The translations under genes and the position numbers were made by a program. This document shows positions 39,722 to 53,679 of a DNA stretch of 64,000 nt, in pieces. Source of the stretch: Takakia lepidozioides (Eukaryota > Plantae > Bryophyta). Below the pieces are notes generated by a model, which saw only the letters and a list, made by a program, of their open reading frames with translations, was not told the DNA's origin and made no database searches. Where the stretch lies: the NCBI GenBank assembly GCA_030704615.1, contig CM060733.1, forward strand, positions 70,928,001 through 70,992,000, read 5' to 3'. How positions within the stretch are numbered: position 1 is the stretch's first letter; every line of letters begins with the position of its first letter.

Positions 39722-40177
39722 TACCCCGTACCTGCCATAGCCCGTGCGGACCTGTGTCTCTCCTGCCCTAAGGCCTGTGCGAGTCTGTGACTGCCGCACA
39801 GTAAGACCTGTGTGGGCCTGTGTCTGCCACACCTTAAGGCCTGTGTGGGCCCGTGTTGACTCATGGCGGCAGAGCCATGTCTGCGCAAAATTAAGGGTAC
39901 CCCACAGAACCCGTAAATCGTCTAAGTCCCATACAGCCCTGTAACATTATCCCCCCCTCAAAAAAGCCGTGCCCTCACGGTTTACTGCTTGGGGCCAACA
40001 AACCTCTGAAATTGGGCACATGTATGCTAATGAGAGTCTTTATGAGGGCTCTATGTATGAGCCTGAGCCTTGTCTTTGGCTGGTTGGGATGGCTGTTGAC
40101 TTGCTGGAGCAGATTGTCCCGTCTTGGGTTGATATGGTGGCAGTTTCTCAGGCATAGGAGATCCTCGTCGCCTCTGT
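39722..40177 (-). mobile_element. 3' fragment (ORF tail, PPT, LTR start at 39946) of the 31150-32392 LTR family
   Basis: Minus strand AAACCGTGAGGGCACGGCTTTTTTGAGGGGGGGATAA-TGTTAC; shared peptide RRGSPMPE.LP.YQP. Confidence 0.75.
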
Positions 40178-41277
40178 TAGGTCCGTAATTCTGAAGTTGA
40201 TTTTGCAGACTGTTCGCTCAGCTAGCACCAGCCTACTCTTGAACCCTGGAAGGATTTAACAATCTTTAAAGCTTGAAACCATCTCTAAGACAAACAAGGA
40301 CTGCATGGACCCCTATTCAAACCAAAGAAAGGAGAGATCAACATACAGAAGAGAACAGCACCAAAGAGAGGGTAGCACAACTGGAGGGTGGATGAAGACT
40401 AGGCCTGTAAGCCAATTGTTTGATTGGGCAACAAGCACAAGAAATGACCGAGCTATTGCCTGCTGACATACAGAGACATCATAGAGGTAACCACCTTATT
40501 TGCACCAATCAGGTGCTTTTACCCCTCACTAACACAGCAGAGACTTCCTCATATTACCTTACCATATGTACATTGATCCGCCAGGGCTTGGTGCTTTGTC
40601 AGGTCCATCTCAGATTTCATGTCCATCATCAATACACAAACGGAATGTATGGAGTAAAGCCACGCACACCGGGATCTAATATCTTGCTCTGCTTCTCATG
40701 TCTCCTCCGAGCAAGAGTCACATGACTAATCTTGGATAAAGTGTGTGCAGGAAGTGTTTTCAACACACACGGACCCACGCACAATATAGATAGTGCAACT
40801 AAGATGAGAACAGTTGTTTGTGACAGAATGAGGTTTAAGTTTATGGGACAGTAACCTATAAAACACACAGACAGAGAGCCCACAATGAAACTCATAGAAT
40901 CTGAAGGCAGTAAGAAAAACAAGACAAGGCCACACAGAAACCTACGGAGTCTGAAAGGTCAAACACAGAGGATGTGAAAGGACACAAAGAGTGCCCTCTC
41001 GCTATCTCTTAATAATGTGCCTTTTTGCCTACTCATTCATCATACACTTTGAATCCAAGATGGTACTTCACACAACATACAATTGTCCACGTACTTCATT
41101 ATGGCATCAGTCAGGCCACAAAAATTGGTTGGAAGGCCACGAGAATTACTCCCTTAGAGTTTAGGTCCTATCCACAAAACACCCACAAGACTGGTACTTC
41201 AGAGCTCAACAGCTTCTTGGTAGAGAAGTAAGAAATTAACCTCTGGCCTTGAGGTATGTTAATGAACTGCAACCCAG

Positions 41278-44200
41278 CTATCTTTTGATTGACTGGTCCT
41301 TGGACTTCTTTAGTACTCTTTGCTGAGCAGCTAAAAACTCCTCTTCTGACGGCTCCTCCATTCTCTTCCTTTGGCATCCCCTTCCTGTTTCTTCTTTCCT
41401 TCCATATTTTGCTTCTAATGTTGCAGCCAAAGATTCCATTTGATGCTGACCACGGTTGCTGATTGCAGCTACGAGGTCTGAGCTAGACTCTCCTTGTTTC
41501 TTCCTCCTGCAGCGATGAGATTGAAGACAAGTTTTACACCCCGATCGAAGCAACAAAATAGGCTTCCAGCACTAAAATCTCATTAGTCTATAATCAAACA
41601 CAGAAAGAGAGCTTACTTTTGTGGAGCAAGGGGATTTGGATGAGCTGGCATCTTAGCAACCTCAGAAGCCCATTTGCGATATGCCCTCCACTCTTTCAGT
41701 TCCCCTGTTCACAAAAAAGAATCCCAGATTACCTCTCCTAATTTTAATTTCCCAATACAAGCAAAAACAACTTCAGAAGACCTGAAGGAAGCTGCCCCAG
41801 TCAGACAGCCATCTGCCATCAACTCTACAGCCCCTCAAGAGCTCAACTGCAGGTGCCAGGGTTAAAGATATTCAGTCAGGAAAAGACAGGAACTTTATGA
41901 TTCCACAAGAGAGATACATTCTCTGTGTGCTTTTATTCCATTCTATAGTGACTTCACATCGGAGCACTTTTTTTATTTTCTTTCGGTCTTGATGGCTTTT
42001 ACAGAAGCTCTATGGTACATGGACAGCCAGATGTTAGCTATTGATGCAAACGGGCAGTCAACTTGGCGCTAATCAAGACATGTCTGTATCCCCTGCTCTT
42101 GCTTTTCCACAATATTACACAAATTTCATTTCATTTAATCAGTGTTATTGCCTCCCAGCATGCCAAGGCCTTAATTGCTAGTTGAAAGTTTGTCATGGGT
42201 GACTACACTCCAAAAGAAACACGCACACACAGAGAAGAGGCCCTTCCTCTCAAAAGAGAGTACATATGCAATAAATGCTTTAGTCAGGCAGCATACATGA
42301 CATGGGGCTACAAGGTTTCATTTGAAAAGGAACAAACCATTGGATATAGCAGAGTCAATGATGTCCATAAAGCGATGAGTATCAAGCCTTGGTTCTGAAC
42401 AGATCATCTGACTGAACAAGCTGCATGCAACCTTCTACAAGTCAAAGTGGGATAGATGGCAACCAAGTGCCTGCTTAAAGCAGTAGTCAGCCCTAAGATC
42501 TTCTGAGAACATCAGGTCAACTTTGATCCCTCACATGTTTAGAGCAGAATACGAAGCTTGATGTCATAACAATGAGCTTGCACACGAGGAAGATAGAAAA
42601 ATAGACCAACAAATAAATGATTCTGTGCATTGAATGCTTCCTATGGAGCTAGCTCAATGTCCATATTACATAGCACCTATCTCATATCACAGGTAATACA
42701 AATGCTGACACATTTGTCAGATTTTACCACATAAGATAAACAGAAAATCCTCCAATAGCTGGAAGGGCACAAAGAGAGCAACCAACCGCTTCATGTCACC
42801 CTTGCATTTGATGTATAGATCTTTCAAATCCTTGGCCTCCTCCTTGGAACCCCGATATGAAGCTGCAAATTGGTCAATATCCTCCTCTGCGACCTGCAAG
42901 GCAAACCTTACAACACAGAATCAGCATTCCATTCTCTCTCCTTTCTATTCCTAATATAAGTTCCTGAAAAGTATTGCTGGCTTCGTCCCCTGCCTTAGTC
43001 CTGAGAACCTTGTGGCACTCCCGCACCGGGGCTGATACAATGCCTTGATTGACACAAGCTTGTTAATTCAAAGGAGCTCCACAATTCAAGTGGATACAGC
43101 TGGAAAATCCAGAAACTCATTCAACTGTATACAAAACATGAGAATATTGAGCCTCTGCCTGTAAACAGACCTTTTTGTACAGTGTCCGCAAAAATTTGTA
43201 CAAGCTCTGAACAATATCGCCTGAGAGGTCCTGCCAAGTGTTTCAAACCCCGCCAGCAGAATATGTCAGCCTAGGCGACAGATGTGTATATCCACTCAAG
43301 GTGTTTCAATGCCACAGTGATTCTCTGATCTGATAAAAAGCTGTGCAGCCAATACCTCTTAATCACTTGTGGTGCTACGTAGTTGCTACGTAGCCAATTC
43401 CATAATACAAATGAAGTGATGCATTGCATGTTCTCCAATTAGGACTAACTAATCACTTTAAAACCCCAAGAAAAGCAAGAGCACTTGCCACATCATCAAC
43501 AGAGCCAGTTTGGTCATAGACTTCACGCTTTTCTGGATCCCCCAAAATGGCGATCACATTTTGCAGCGACTGAAACTTCTCCTTTGCAGTCTGCACCACT
43601 CCACTACCTGCCATCATCACTTTTTCTTACACAGTCGAGTAGTGTCCACTCACCCAATTGCACCCTAACATATTTTTGGAATGTGCCCCAATTTCCTTTT
43701 CCCCTTTTCTCCCCTTTGTCTCCGTCCAACTATCCATGTATGGATATCAAGAAAAACCTACGGTGCATCCTAAGAGAAAAATAGAGAGCATAAACCAAAG
43801 GTCGCCATCCTCAAGATCGGTCCTCCGTAGGAGCTGTTCGAGAGAAGAAACGGGGAGGAGCTTCACCTCATCTCCAGGATTCTTATCCGGATGGAGACGC
43901 AGCGCAAGTTTGTGATATGCCTTGCGAATCTCATCATGTGTAGCACTCCGATCGACACCCAGCACCTGTGCAGTACCATTCAAGGACACAACCGACGACA
44001 ACATCAAATTATTATTGCATTTGAGCCAAGATATTGTAGATGTTCAAAGGGAGCTAATAAATGTGCGCATACACTCATAATCAAAGATTGGTAATCCTGA
44101 AGGGGAAAATTCCCCTTTCAAATCGGTGGCGTCCAGCGAATGTTGCATCCGCAGCCGTCTGCTGGTGGCGCCACAAGTCCCGGCAGGAAGTCGTGGGAAT

Positions 44201-44413
44201 GAAGCAAAACATCTCACCAGGAAACTTCCATCGGAAACATTTTGGGCCCTAGTTCAAGACGATTTGTTACAAAGACTACAAGTTTCTGACCGAGAGGAAC
44301 CGTATACCGAGACTACTTTCAGGAAGGAAACGGGAAACCTGGTACAGGTTATCGTCAGGACTCTTGAAATGTGGATCTTCGATCTCTTCATCCTGTTTCT
44401 TTCTCCGCACCAT
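41278..44413 (-). CDS. DNAJC9: DnaJ-domain chaperone, DNAJC9 / Arabidopsis ATJ6-like, 8 exons, about 280 aa
   Basis: Exons 44339-44413, 43867-43965, 43489-43590, 43171-43230, 42787-42893, 42338-42420, 41617-41704, 41278-41506 (843 nt, in frame). J domain with HPD, YRGS.EE..DL, LEAKYG and EPSEEEF motifs. Confidence 0.92.
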
Positions 44414-44876
44414 GGGGGGAATCCCGGAGCAGCAGCAAAAAATCGACGCAGAAACGCCAGAAAGCTCAAAACCACTTTCAGGACCAATTAATCTCAAACA
44501 AAAGACATACAATTCAGGAGGCCAAACTCCCAACACATCTCTGAGAGAGACGAACAGCAGAACAGCGTGTAGTGCTCCAAGATGGAGGAATGTAGAGGCA
44601 GACAACCATCTCGAGATCAGACAGAGAGGAAGGATAATTGCAAGCAAGCCAAGCGCGCAGTGTCTTTATGAAAACTAGTCTTGAGGTTTGCCGGTTTGCA
44701 TCCCTCCCGTCCAAGGGAAACAGCCGGTCGCCCGCCCCTTATGACCGGTAACAGCCAGTCCATTTCCCGCCAAACTTGGAAACCAACATCCAACCCAGAA
44801 TTGTAGTACTTTTTTCTCTCTCTTTTTTTTTTTTTTTTTTTTTTTCTTTCAAGGCCCTAGGTGCACTGTGAAGCCT

Positions 44877-45289
44877 TAAAAGAAGCAGGATGAGTATCTG
44901 CCTATCCTCTCAAATGCTCTTCAAAACAAGGGGGGGTCAACAAGCGAACTGACCGAAAATCATACACATGTATCGCATTCAGACAGCTTTCCACATCTAC
45001 ATACACCATCAGTTGCCTGACACAAGGTCAGGCCGCCACTTTATACAAACCCTAGCTGCATGCCTTCTTGACGCGTGGCGAGGCGTGTCAAGCTGAGCCC
45101 ACGGCGCCACATCAAAACCCTAGATCTATTGAACGGCCATGATGCAGCCACCAGCCATAACTAACCCTGGCTATGATATCTTTGTAACAGTTCAACGGTA
45201 TTTTAAGCCAAAAATTTATACTACGAATGAGTGTCGCCGCTTTGGATGAATAAGGTGAATCTGTGATGAGGAAAGTTTGGGGCATCACA
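44877..45289 (-). repeat. 3' LTR of the dUTPase-bearing element
   Basis: Direct repeat of 62066-62523 with indels; starts TGTGATGCC on the minus strand. Confidence 0.85.
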
Positions 45290-45733
45290 TCTGTGAAGCC
45301 TACCCCCCACGAAAAATCCTGAGCTCCGCGAAGTACAATATAAGAAATAATAAATAAATGTTTGGGAGAAATCATCCACTGCTGGGTGAAAAACCTACCA
45401 AAGGAAAACCTGGCACCTGCAAATTGGGCCGAGGACAAAACTTTTGGCTAGGAAAACCGTGCAGGGAGTACACGTGGTGACATATCATAGGTCTACAAAT
45501 GTATCAAGAGCTAGAACAAAAGGCCAGAAAAGCCGTAAAGTGCCAAATCCGCAAGCTAACACTAATCCGCCGAAGAAGCCAAGCTGAAGAAGATCAAGAC
45601 ATCATCCCACCGTACGTCCCTCCACATTGATGCACGTAAGATCAAAGACCAGCTCGGAATGCACCAGATCCGTGAGAGAAACAGGTTTATTATGCGTGTG
45701 GACATTAAACCCATGTGGAAGAAGGAGAGCACG

Positions 45734-46745
45734 TCACCCACGTAAAAGCTCATAGATCAAGTATGGACCGTCGATCTTAAGCTTAGATTTGCATGCATGC
45801 TTACCATGCTGCAGCTGAATGCACACGGTTTGTCCCACTTGAAAAAGGTTAGAATACTTGACACGCTTGTTAAAATTACGGGCTTGGGTGGGCTGAGCCT
45901 TACCAATGTTTGTCTTGGCATCATGGATGGACACCGCATGCCGAGCATAAAGATCCTCAACAAAGGTCTCAAGATCAACTAGCTCAGCTACAGTAGAAAT
46001 AAGAGGGGTAGAATGCAAAGGAGAAACATACTTGTGACCATACAACAACTCAAAAGGAGTCTTCTTAGTGCTAGCATGCACGGCGGTGCGATAAGCAAAG
46101 AGAATAGGGGGAAGAAAGGTATCCCACTCCCTGGTAAGTGTGCCATTCTTCTCCAACATGCGGCAAAGAGTTTGGTTGAAGCGTTCCGTAAGGCCATTGG
46201 TCTGGGGATGGTATGGGGCTGTGGTGGAATGCTTGACACCAAAGTTGAAGCACACCACCGTGAGGAGCTGGTTACAAAACTCCTTGCCCTGATCCATTAG
46301 TATCTCCCGAGGACACCCATGACGCATAAGGATCTCATTGAAGAAGAACTGAGCTATAACATCACTAGTCTTGGTACGCAAAGGCCTGACTTCTACCCAC
46401 TTAGTCAAGTAGTCGGTAACTACACAAAGATAGCTTCGACCCTTTGATATGAGTGCGAGGGGTCCTACCAAATCAATGCCAACACGAGCAAAAGCATGTG
46501 TAATGGGCAAAGGCTGTAGCTCATACAAGATCCGGGCCCTAGGGAGAGCAATGTTAGCACGACAACCTTCACACTTAGAGATGAACTCCGTGACATCTCG
46601 GTGAATTCCCAGCCAATAGTAAACCTCTTGGATGCGGGCCACGGTCTTCTTGATACCAAGGTGACCTGTATACAAGGAACAATGAAAACGCTCCAATAAA
46701 GCATTCAGCTGGCTCCGTGGTGGCGCCTCCAAATAGCATGGTACT
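45734..46745 (-). pseudogene. integrase of the dUTPase-bearing element
   Basis: H..GHLG..C..C zinc finger, IDLVGPL, MDQGKEF, HPQTNGLTERFN, TPFELLYG, DGPY. Confidence 0.92.
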
Positions 46746-48380
46746 TGTCGCGCACCTCACTTCAGTAAGCTCCCCTTCAAGTCATAGTTACTCGCTTTGA
46801 TGCGCGCGCCTGACTCCCAACCTGGCCGCCGGGCCAACTTGGAGCTTCGGCTGCTCACCGGGGCATAACGGTCCCCCCTTTGTTCTCCCAAAGAACCCTC
46901 CACCGATTTGGAACCAGCGGGAATTCCCTTTGGTAGTTGGCAGTCCGGAACAGCTCCCCACTCTTTGGTCGCTTTCCGGCTCGCTCGCTTACTCACTAGT
47001 TTTTGGTCAGCAACGGGCTTGCACCGTTCTCGGGGTCACTACTCCCCTTATATATACTTCTGTAGCTGTCCGCGGGGGTTTCACAACCAGCCATGCCATT
47101 TTATGGCGAACCACCACGAAAACCCTCGACTCCCGGTGATGAGTCGCGGTGAGTCTTGGCCCACTCACCACGGCCCCTATGGACCGTGATGAGTCCCAAG
47201 ACTCCCCACGACTCCCACCACGAGGTCTCCGCCCCCATGGTGAGTCCTATGCCACCCCACTAAGTCCCGCTAAGCTACCACCACCCCTTGTGGAGTCACC
47301 CCCACCGCAACCCGGTGTGCGGGGCTCCACCTAGTGAGCGCCTCCGCCTCCTTGAGTGCCTTGGGCACTCAAGGGTGCTTCAGCCCCCGTACCTATCGCT
47401 GCTACTGCCCCCACCACAGGGGCAGCCCCTCTTGTGTCCCGACCCCCCCTGCCCTCAAGGCAAAGGGCCGCGACACACACCCCTACCAACAGGGAGTCGA
47501 TGTCCTCATCGACTTGTCCATTTTGTAGAAACAAACATCCAAGTTGTGGTGTCCCACATCAAGGAGTTTGTTTCCGTACCATGGCGTCCCATGGCAAAGA
47601 ACCAAACCCCACACTTGACTCTACTCTCCACTAGCTAGTTCGGCCGACTTCCTCCAAGTCCCGGCCAAGGGTGGAGCCTCTCCAGCTCCTCCCAGTGCAC
47701 TCTTCTTGGCCTACTTCAAGGCCAAGGAACAATCCTCCCTGAGGATCGAATCGCCTTACTGCAACAACATTGCTTGCGATCGCTCATGATGCCGCTTTTG
47801 GCATCACCTTGAGCAAGGGTTCCCTGGAACCCTCTTTGACTAGGAAGATAACCTTGAACCAACCGTACGCCCCAATCACTACAATTGGGTCCGCCTTGGA
47901 ATGCTGGCCTGAGGTACGGGAACACGTCGAAGCCGCACTACGACTTCGTCCCGAGGCTACACGATTATAGTACGTGAACGGAAGCACGTAGCTTCCGCGT
48001 TAGCCCGCACTACAAGGCAACCCCCTCGGTAGCGCAGTTATAGTACGCGCACGCGCCAGGTGCGCACTAGCACGTGAACTCCCAAAGAAGTCGCAAGTTT
48101 CCTTGCCCCTTGGATGGGGGTCACCCGATTTCGGCACTACGCAAACACACGATTAACCCAATTTACCTCTCCCACTTTTATAAGCTAGCATGCATTCTAC
48201 ACACTAGCCAACCATACCATGCATCACCATTCCAAACAAAATAGGACGCACAACATTTGGAACCCATTTCCTTTATAACAAATTTTTGTACAATACAAGT
48301 TTTTGTAATCGGATTCCTAAGCTAGCTAAGCCGGGCTAAGCATGCATTTCCTCCCCTACGCTCCAAGGTTGATGTCCCCA

Positions 48381-49110
48381 TCAACGTTTCTTCCGCTTTT
48401 GAGGTCGCCCTTCAAAAGCTGCAACCGCCTCGGATGCGTTTCCCATTTCTGAGGCACGCACCCAAGATGCCTCCACATGATGATAGCCCTTCCATTTGAC
48501 GAGATACTCCGTTTCTCGGTTCTTGAACCTCCTCGACTTAAGTATTGCCTCCACCTCGTACTCAGGTTCATTTTCATGATCCAACAGCATAGGTGGCGGA
48601 CGCAATACTTGATGCCGATTCGGACGCGCTTCATCTTTGAAGTAAGGCTTCAAAAGGGAGACATGGAATATTGGGTGCACCTTGCTGTTTGCCGGCAGTC
48701 GTAGGTCGGAAGGCGGTGCTCATCTTCAGCCTCGTCCCCATCTTCTTCCAAAGTGCTCTCCAGAATTTACTCGTAAACTTTGGATCGCGGTCCGAGACAA
48801 TATCCTTCGGGACTCCATGATGCTTTAAGACGTGGGCGAAGTAAAGTCGCCCTGTCTCATGCGCCGTTGTCGTCTCCTTGGTGGGGATGAAATGGCCCAT
48901 TTTACTGAACCTATCTACCACCACCATGATTGCATCGAATCCTTTTGACAGCGGCATAGCAGTCATGAAATCCATCGAGACGCTTTCCCAAGTCCCCTCT
49001 GGAATCGGCAAGGGTTGTAACAGCCCCGCTTGCTTTTTGTACTCGCTCCGGTTTTGTTGGCATGTGGTGCATGTCTTGACATACTCCTCTGCCTCCTCCC
49101 TCAGTTTGGG
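48381..49110 (-). pseudogene. chromovirus integrase (internally deleted) and chromodomain
   Basis: SMDF and SDRDPKF are present, but ~473 bp equivalent to 15839-16311 is missing at ~48700. Chromodomain YEVEAIL..EYLVKWKGY is intact. Confidence 0.9.
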
Positions 49111-50997
49111 CTAGAAATACTCTTTCTTCAAGAGTGCCGCAGTGCGCTTGGCTCCGCCGTGGCCCGCAAGCAGGCTATCATGGCATTCTCTCAAGAGGCT
49201 ATCTCTGATCCCTCCCTTCGGCACGTAGAGATGTTTTTTATTATACCGGAGCAGTCCATTTTGCAAGTGGAACTGCGATTTAACCCCCATCCTCAAGTCC
49301 TGCATCACGGACTTCGTCAGCTCATCCTTCCGGCAAGCCTTCCGGATCTTCCTTTGGAGCGTCGTCTCGCCCTTGTACACCAACAAGAGCTGCTGCTTTC
49401 TACTTAAAGCATCGGCCACCACGTTGTCTCGTCCCGGTTTGTACTGGATATCCACGTCGAACACCGCCAAAGTATCTTGCCACCTAAGTTGTTTTGGGGA
49501 CAACTTGGGCTGCGTGGCAAAATACTTCACCGTGACATTGTCCGTGAACACCTTCACTGGGTTGGAACCAACATAGTGGCGCCAAAGCTCAAGACAGTGC
49601 ACCACCGCCTTCATCTCTTTCTCGTGCGTCGGCCACCGTCGCTCCACTTCATTCAGTTTCTTACTTTCGTAAGCCACTGGACGTCCATCTTGCATCAGTA
49701 CACCCCCAATCGCGAAGTCCGACGCATCTGTGTGTATCTCGAACGGACGATCGAACTCCGGGATTTTCAAGACTGGAGCTTCCGCCATCCGCTGCTTCAA
49801 TTCAGCAAAAGCTTGGCCACAAAAGGTGTTCCATGCCCAGACTTTAGATTTACACAGAAGGTCTGATAGCGGCCCCGCAATCTTGGCGAAATTTCTCACA
49901 TACTTTCGGTAATAGGAGGCGAGTCCTAGGAAGGATCGCACTCCCGGGACCAAAGTCGGAGGCTCCCAGTCCAAGATCGCCCTCACCTTTCTGTCATCCA
50001 TTTTGATCCCATCCTGTGTAATCACATGCCCCAAGAACTCCACTTTTGTGACCCCGAATTCGCACTTTGAAGCTTTGGCATACAGCTTCCCTTCCCGCAA
50101 TTTTTGGAACACCCTTTTCAGGTGCTCCAGGTGCTCCTCCTTTGTTTTCGAGTACACCAAGATGTCGTCGATGTACACGATCACAAAGTCATCTAACCAC
50201 TGCTGGAAAAGGCTGTTCATCAGCGTGCTAAATGTCGCCGGTGCATTGGTGAGCCCAAAAGGCATCACCAAGAACTCATATGAACCATACCTTGTCCTGC
50301 ACGCGGTCTTCTCCTCATCTCCTTCCGCCACCCGAATTTGGTGGTAGCCGGAGCACAAGTCGATCCGGCTAAAATACTTTGCTCCTGCCAACCGATCGAA
50401 GAGGTCGTCGATCCTTGGCAAATGGTACCGGTTTTTGATAGTCACCTTATTCAGAGCCCTGTAATCGACACACATCTGCAGCGTCCCATCCTTCTTGTCT
50501 GCAAATAGCACCGGGGCTCCATAAGGTGACTTACTCGGCCGGATGTACCCCTTTGACATTAGATCCTTGAGCTGAGTCTTCAGCTCGACCAACTCCCTGT
50601 GGCTCAACCGGTAGGGTGCCTTGGCAGGCGGTTCCGATCCCGGTATCACCTCAATCTTGTGGTCAACTCCTCTTCGCGGTGGCAAGCCGCTTGGTAAATC
50701 CTCCGGCATCACATCCTGGTATTTCTCCAAGATCCCCTTGATCCAATCTGGGCTCGGCTCCCCATTGCCTTCTCCCTTCACTTCTCTAATGTAAAGCAAA
50801 AACTGGGGCTCGTGTGCCTCCTCCACGGCCCACTCCTTTGCTGACAGAAGGTTTATTCGCCCTCCCACAGATTTGGGCGTTTCCGACACTCTTAAAACCT
50901 CGCCACCATTCCCACATGGCAGCGTGACCACTCTCTTGCGGCCATCTATGACCGCTCCGGATTTGCTCAAAAAGGTCATCCCCAAAATGAGATCCAC
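49111..50997 (-). CDS. chromovirus pol: reverse transcriptase, RNase H, start of integrase
   Basis: [42 protein letters not shown]; ends at a premature TAG. Confidence 0.93.
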   Translation of the reverse strand: MDLILGMTFLSKSGAVIDGRKRVVTLPCGNGGEVLRVSETPKSVGGRINLLSAKEWAVEEAHEPQFLLYIREVKGEGNGEPSPDWIKGILEKYQDVMPEDLPSGLPPRRGVDHKIEVIPGSEPPAKAPYRLSHRELVELKTQLKDLMSKGYIRPSKSPYGAPVLFADKKDGTLQMCVDYRALNKVTIKNRYHLPRIDDLFDRLAGAKYFSRIDLCSGYHQIRVAEGDEEKTACRTRYGSYEFLVMPFGLTNAPATFSTLMNSLFQQWLDDFVIVYIDDILVYSKTKEEHLEHLKRVFQKLREGKLYAKASKCEFGVTKVEFLGHVITQDGIKMDDRKVRAILDWEPPTLVPGVRSFLGLASYYRKYVRNFAKIAGPLSDLLCKSKVWAWNTFCGQAFAELKQRMAEAPVLKIPEFDRPFEIHTDASDFAIGGVLMQDGRPVAYESKKLNEVERRWPTHEKEMKAVVHCLELWRHYVGSNPVKVFTDNVTVKYFATQPKLSPKQLRWQDTLAVFDVDIQYKPGRDNVVADALSRKQQLLLVYKGETTLQRKIRKACRKDELTKSVMQDLRMGVKSQFHLQNGLLRYNKKHLYVPKGGIRDSLLRECHDSLLAGHGGAKRTAALLKKEYF

Positions 50998-52394
50998 TCC
51001 ATCAATCTCGCAGATGGTGAAGTTCTCACGTCCCTCCCAACTCCCAGTTGAAGAGGAACATCAAACGCCAACCTTGTCGCCAACTGTGGTTCTCCTTTGG
51101 CAGAACACACCTCAATAGAGGCCCCCACGTCACTTGTCGGGAGTCCCAACTTTCGCGTCGCCGCCGGCGTCATGAAGGAGTGCGACGCTCCTGTGTCCAC
51201 CAACAACGACACGTTAGTTCCGGATATTATCCCATCCACGAACAATAACTGACTCCCTTTACGCAGGGCGCCAGTTTCCTGATACAACTCACAAGAATAG
51301 TTGCCTACCTTGCAAGTCCTGGCGACCACCGCTTCCACCAAGCGACTGATGGTATCTTCCGACAGCTCCGTGGTTGCCCGAGTCATGTTCAATTGTCGAG
51401 GTTTTGTGCACTTCTTGGCCATGTGCCCGGGCTCCCCGCAATTGAAACACACTCCATCAAAGGTCGCCTTCTGTCCGCCATAAGCCGCTCCACCCGCTTT
51501 TCCTTTCGAAGCACCGGGTGCCGCCTTGACGTGTGAAGGCCCTCCCTTCGATTTCCACGTGCCATTGTCGCCGCGTGGCCTATCCCACTTCTTTTCCGGT
51601 CGGAAGGAGTCACCTTCCCGCCGGGTCTTCTTGTGGTTCAGCTCCGTATGGCCTTGTCTCTCACCCCTAGGGACATCCGAGAAACATTCAGCCCTCTCAA
51701 TTGCCTCGTTCAAAGTCTTGGGTGGCTTCTCCTCCAACTTCCGCCTGGCCCATGGGGCCAACCCCACCACAAAGTTGAAGACCATTTCTGGTTCTGCCAT
51801 GTCCGCGACTTCGAGCAACAGCACATTGAAAGCTTGGACATACCCCCGAATGTCATCTGTTTGCTTCAAATTCCTCATCTTGTCCCGGGCAAGCCAAGAT
51901 GCGTTGAGGGGCACAAACTGTCTCTTCATCAATTCCTTGAACCCACTCCAGTTCAAGGTTTCCGGGCTTGGGCCTCGGTTGTGAAGGCGTTTCTGCCACC
52001 ATTGTTGAGCATAGCCCCTCAAATAGGTGGGAGCCACTTCCACCCGATCCTCGTCACTCAACTTGGCCGCCCGGAAGTACTGCTCTAGCTCCAGGAGCCA
52101 GGTGTTGAGTGCCTTCCGATTTCGGACGCCCTCAAAGGTGTCGGGTTCCTTAGGCTTCACCTTAAACTTTGCCTTAGTGGAAGTGGCATTAGCCGCCTTC
52201 AACACGTCTTTCAACGTCCCGCCAAACTGCGCCAACAACCCTTCCCAAAAGGCTGCCGGCATGGGAGGCATCTCTTGGTTTGTCGGAACTCTCAAGGATT
52301 CCTCGGGCTCCAACTCCTCGGACTCCTCCCGCTCTTGAGCGGCCTCGTTTTCGGAAACATGCATCGCTTCCTCAAACGGCCGCCTCGGTGACAC
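50976..52394 (-). CDS. chromovirus gag-protease
   Basis: Retrotransposon capsid region, [14 protein letters not shown] knuckle, LVDTGASH protease; frameshift to pol near 51040. Confidence 0.92.
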   Translation of the reverse strand: MSPRRPFEEAMHVSENEAAQEREESEELEPEESLRVPTNQEMPPMPAAFWEGLLAQFGGTLKDVLKAANATSTKAKFKVKPKEPDTFEGVRNRKALNTWLLELEQYFRAAKLSDEDRVEVAPTYLRGYAQQWWQKRLHNRGPSPETLNWSGFKELMKRQFVPLNASWLARDKMRNLKQTDDIRGYVQAFNVLLLEVADMAEPEMVFNFVVGLAPWARRKLEEKPPKTLNEAIERAECFSDVPRGERQGHTELNHKKTRREGDSFRPEKKWDRPRGDNGTWKSKGGPSHVKAAPGASKGKAGGAAYGGQKATFDGVCFNCGEPGHMAKKCTKPRQLNMTRATTELSEDTISRLVEAVVARTCKVGNYSCELYQETGALRKGSQLLFVDGIISGTNVSLLVDTGASHSFMTPAATRKLGLPTSDVGASIEVCSAKGEPQLATRLAFDVPLQLGVGRDVRTSPSARLMEWISFWG

Positions 52395-53679
52395 GTCGCC
52401 CCCATCCGGCTCACCAGGATCATCGTCTTTTGGGCCGTTCCGCTTTCGCCCGACCCCATTATGAGGCCAATCCCAAGGACGATCGCGTACTGAACTCTAA
52501 GCTCTGATACCAAGTGTCGCGCACCTCACTTCGGTAAGCTCCCCTTCAAGTCATAGTTACTCGCTTTGATGCGCGCGCCTGACTCCCAACCTGGCCGCCG
52601 GGCCAACTTGGAGCTTCGGCTGCTCACCGGGGCATAACGGTCCCCCCTTTGTTCTCCCAAAGAACCCTCCACCGATTTGGAACCAGCGGGAATTCCCTTT
52701 GGTAGTTGGCAGTCCGGAACAGCTCCCCACTCTTTGGTCGCTTTCCGGCTCGCTCGCTTACTCACTAGTTTTTGGTCAGCAACGGGCTTGCACCGTTCTC
52801 GGGGTCACTACTCCCCTTATATATACTTCTGTAGCTGTCCGCGGGGGTTTCACAACCAGCCATGCCATTTTATGGCGAACCACCACGAAAACCCTCGACT
52901 CCCGGTGATGAGTCGCGGTGAGTCTTGGCCCACTCACCACGGCCCCTATGGACCGTGATGAGTCCCAAGACTCCCCACGACTCCCACCACGAGGTCTCCG
53001 CCCCCATGGTGAGTCCTATGCCACCCCCACTAAGTCCCGCTAAGCTACCATCACCCCTTGTGGAGCCACCCCCACCGCAACCCGGTGTGCGGGGCTCCAC
53101 CTAGTGAGCGCCTCCGCCTCCTTGAGTGCCTTGGGCACTCAAGGGTGCTTCAGCCCCCGTACCTATCGCTGCTACTGCCCCCACCACAGGGGCAGCCCCT
53201 CTTGTGTCCCGACCCCCCCTGCCCTCAAGGCAAAGGGCCGCGACAGTACTCCCCCTCTAGTGAGCTCCTTGAAAAGCTTATCACCCATGAAGCGGTGAGT
53301 AGACACATGATAAAGAATTTGCTTGCGCAAGGACTCGGAAAGGCCAGCTGGCGAACGCCCTGATTGGCATCGCTGGAGTAGCGCAGCATGTAGCTGATCA
53401 TCCATGACTGCACTGCACATAAGAGGTAGACAATGGGCTTTAAAGAAGGTGGTCTGGAGTGCCTGCACCTATGATCTCCAGCCAGGGATATCTTCACCTC
53501 ATTTGTTACTACTCATGGAGCCAAATCGGGCCTTGAAGTTCAAGCCAATAGTCACACCGGAGTGCAGCAGCCGAATCACAACAAACTCGGGGCCAAGGAA
53601 AAAGAAGAGCTGGAACAAAACGAGGAACTTCCACCAAACCATCCAAATTCTCCCTAAGCGATAAAATCCACCACACATG

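Larger units (their letters stand above)
46746..53245 (-). mobile_element. complete, young chromovirus LTR retrotransposon (6.5 kb); coding-defective
   Basis: LTRs 46746-47475 and 52515-53245 (TGTCGC...GCGACA; about 3 substitutions and 1 indel by eye); perfect TSD GTACT (46741-46745, 53246-53250); PBS TGGTATCAGAGC (52501-52512). Confidence 0.97.

Noticed and set aside
51030-51050. Programmed frameshift between protease and RT of the chromovirus
   Set aside because: The shift falls inside the protease domain with no clear slippery site; better explained as a 1-nt deletion.
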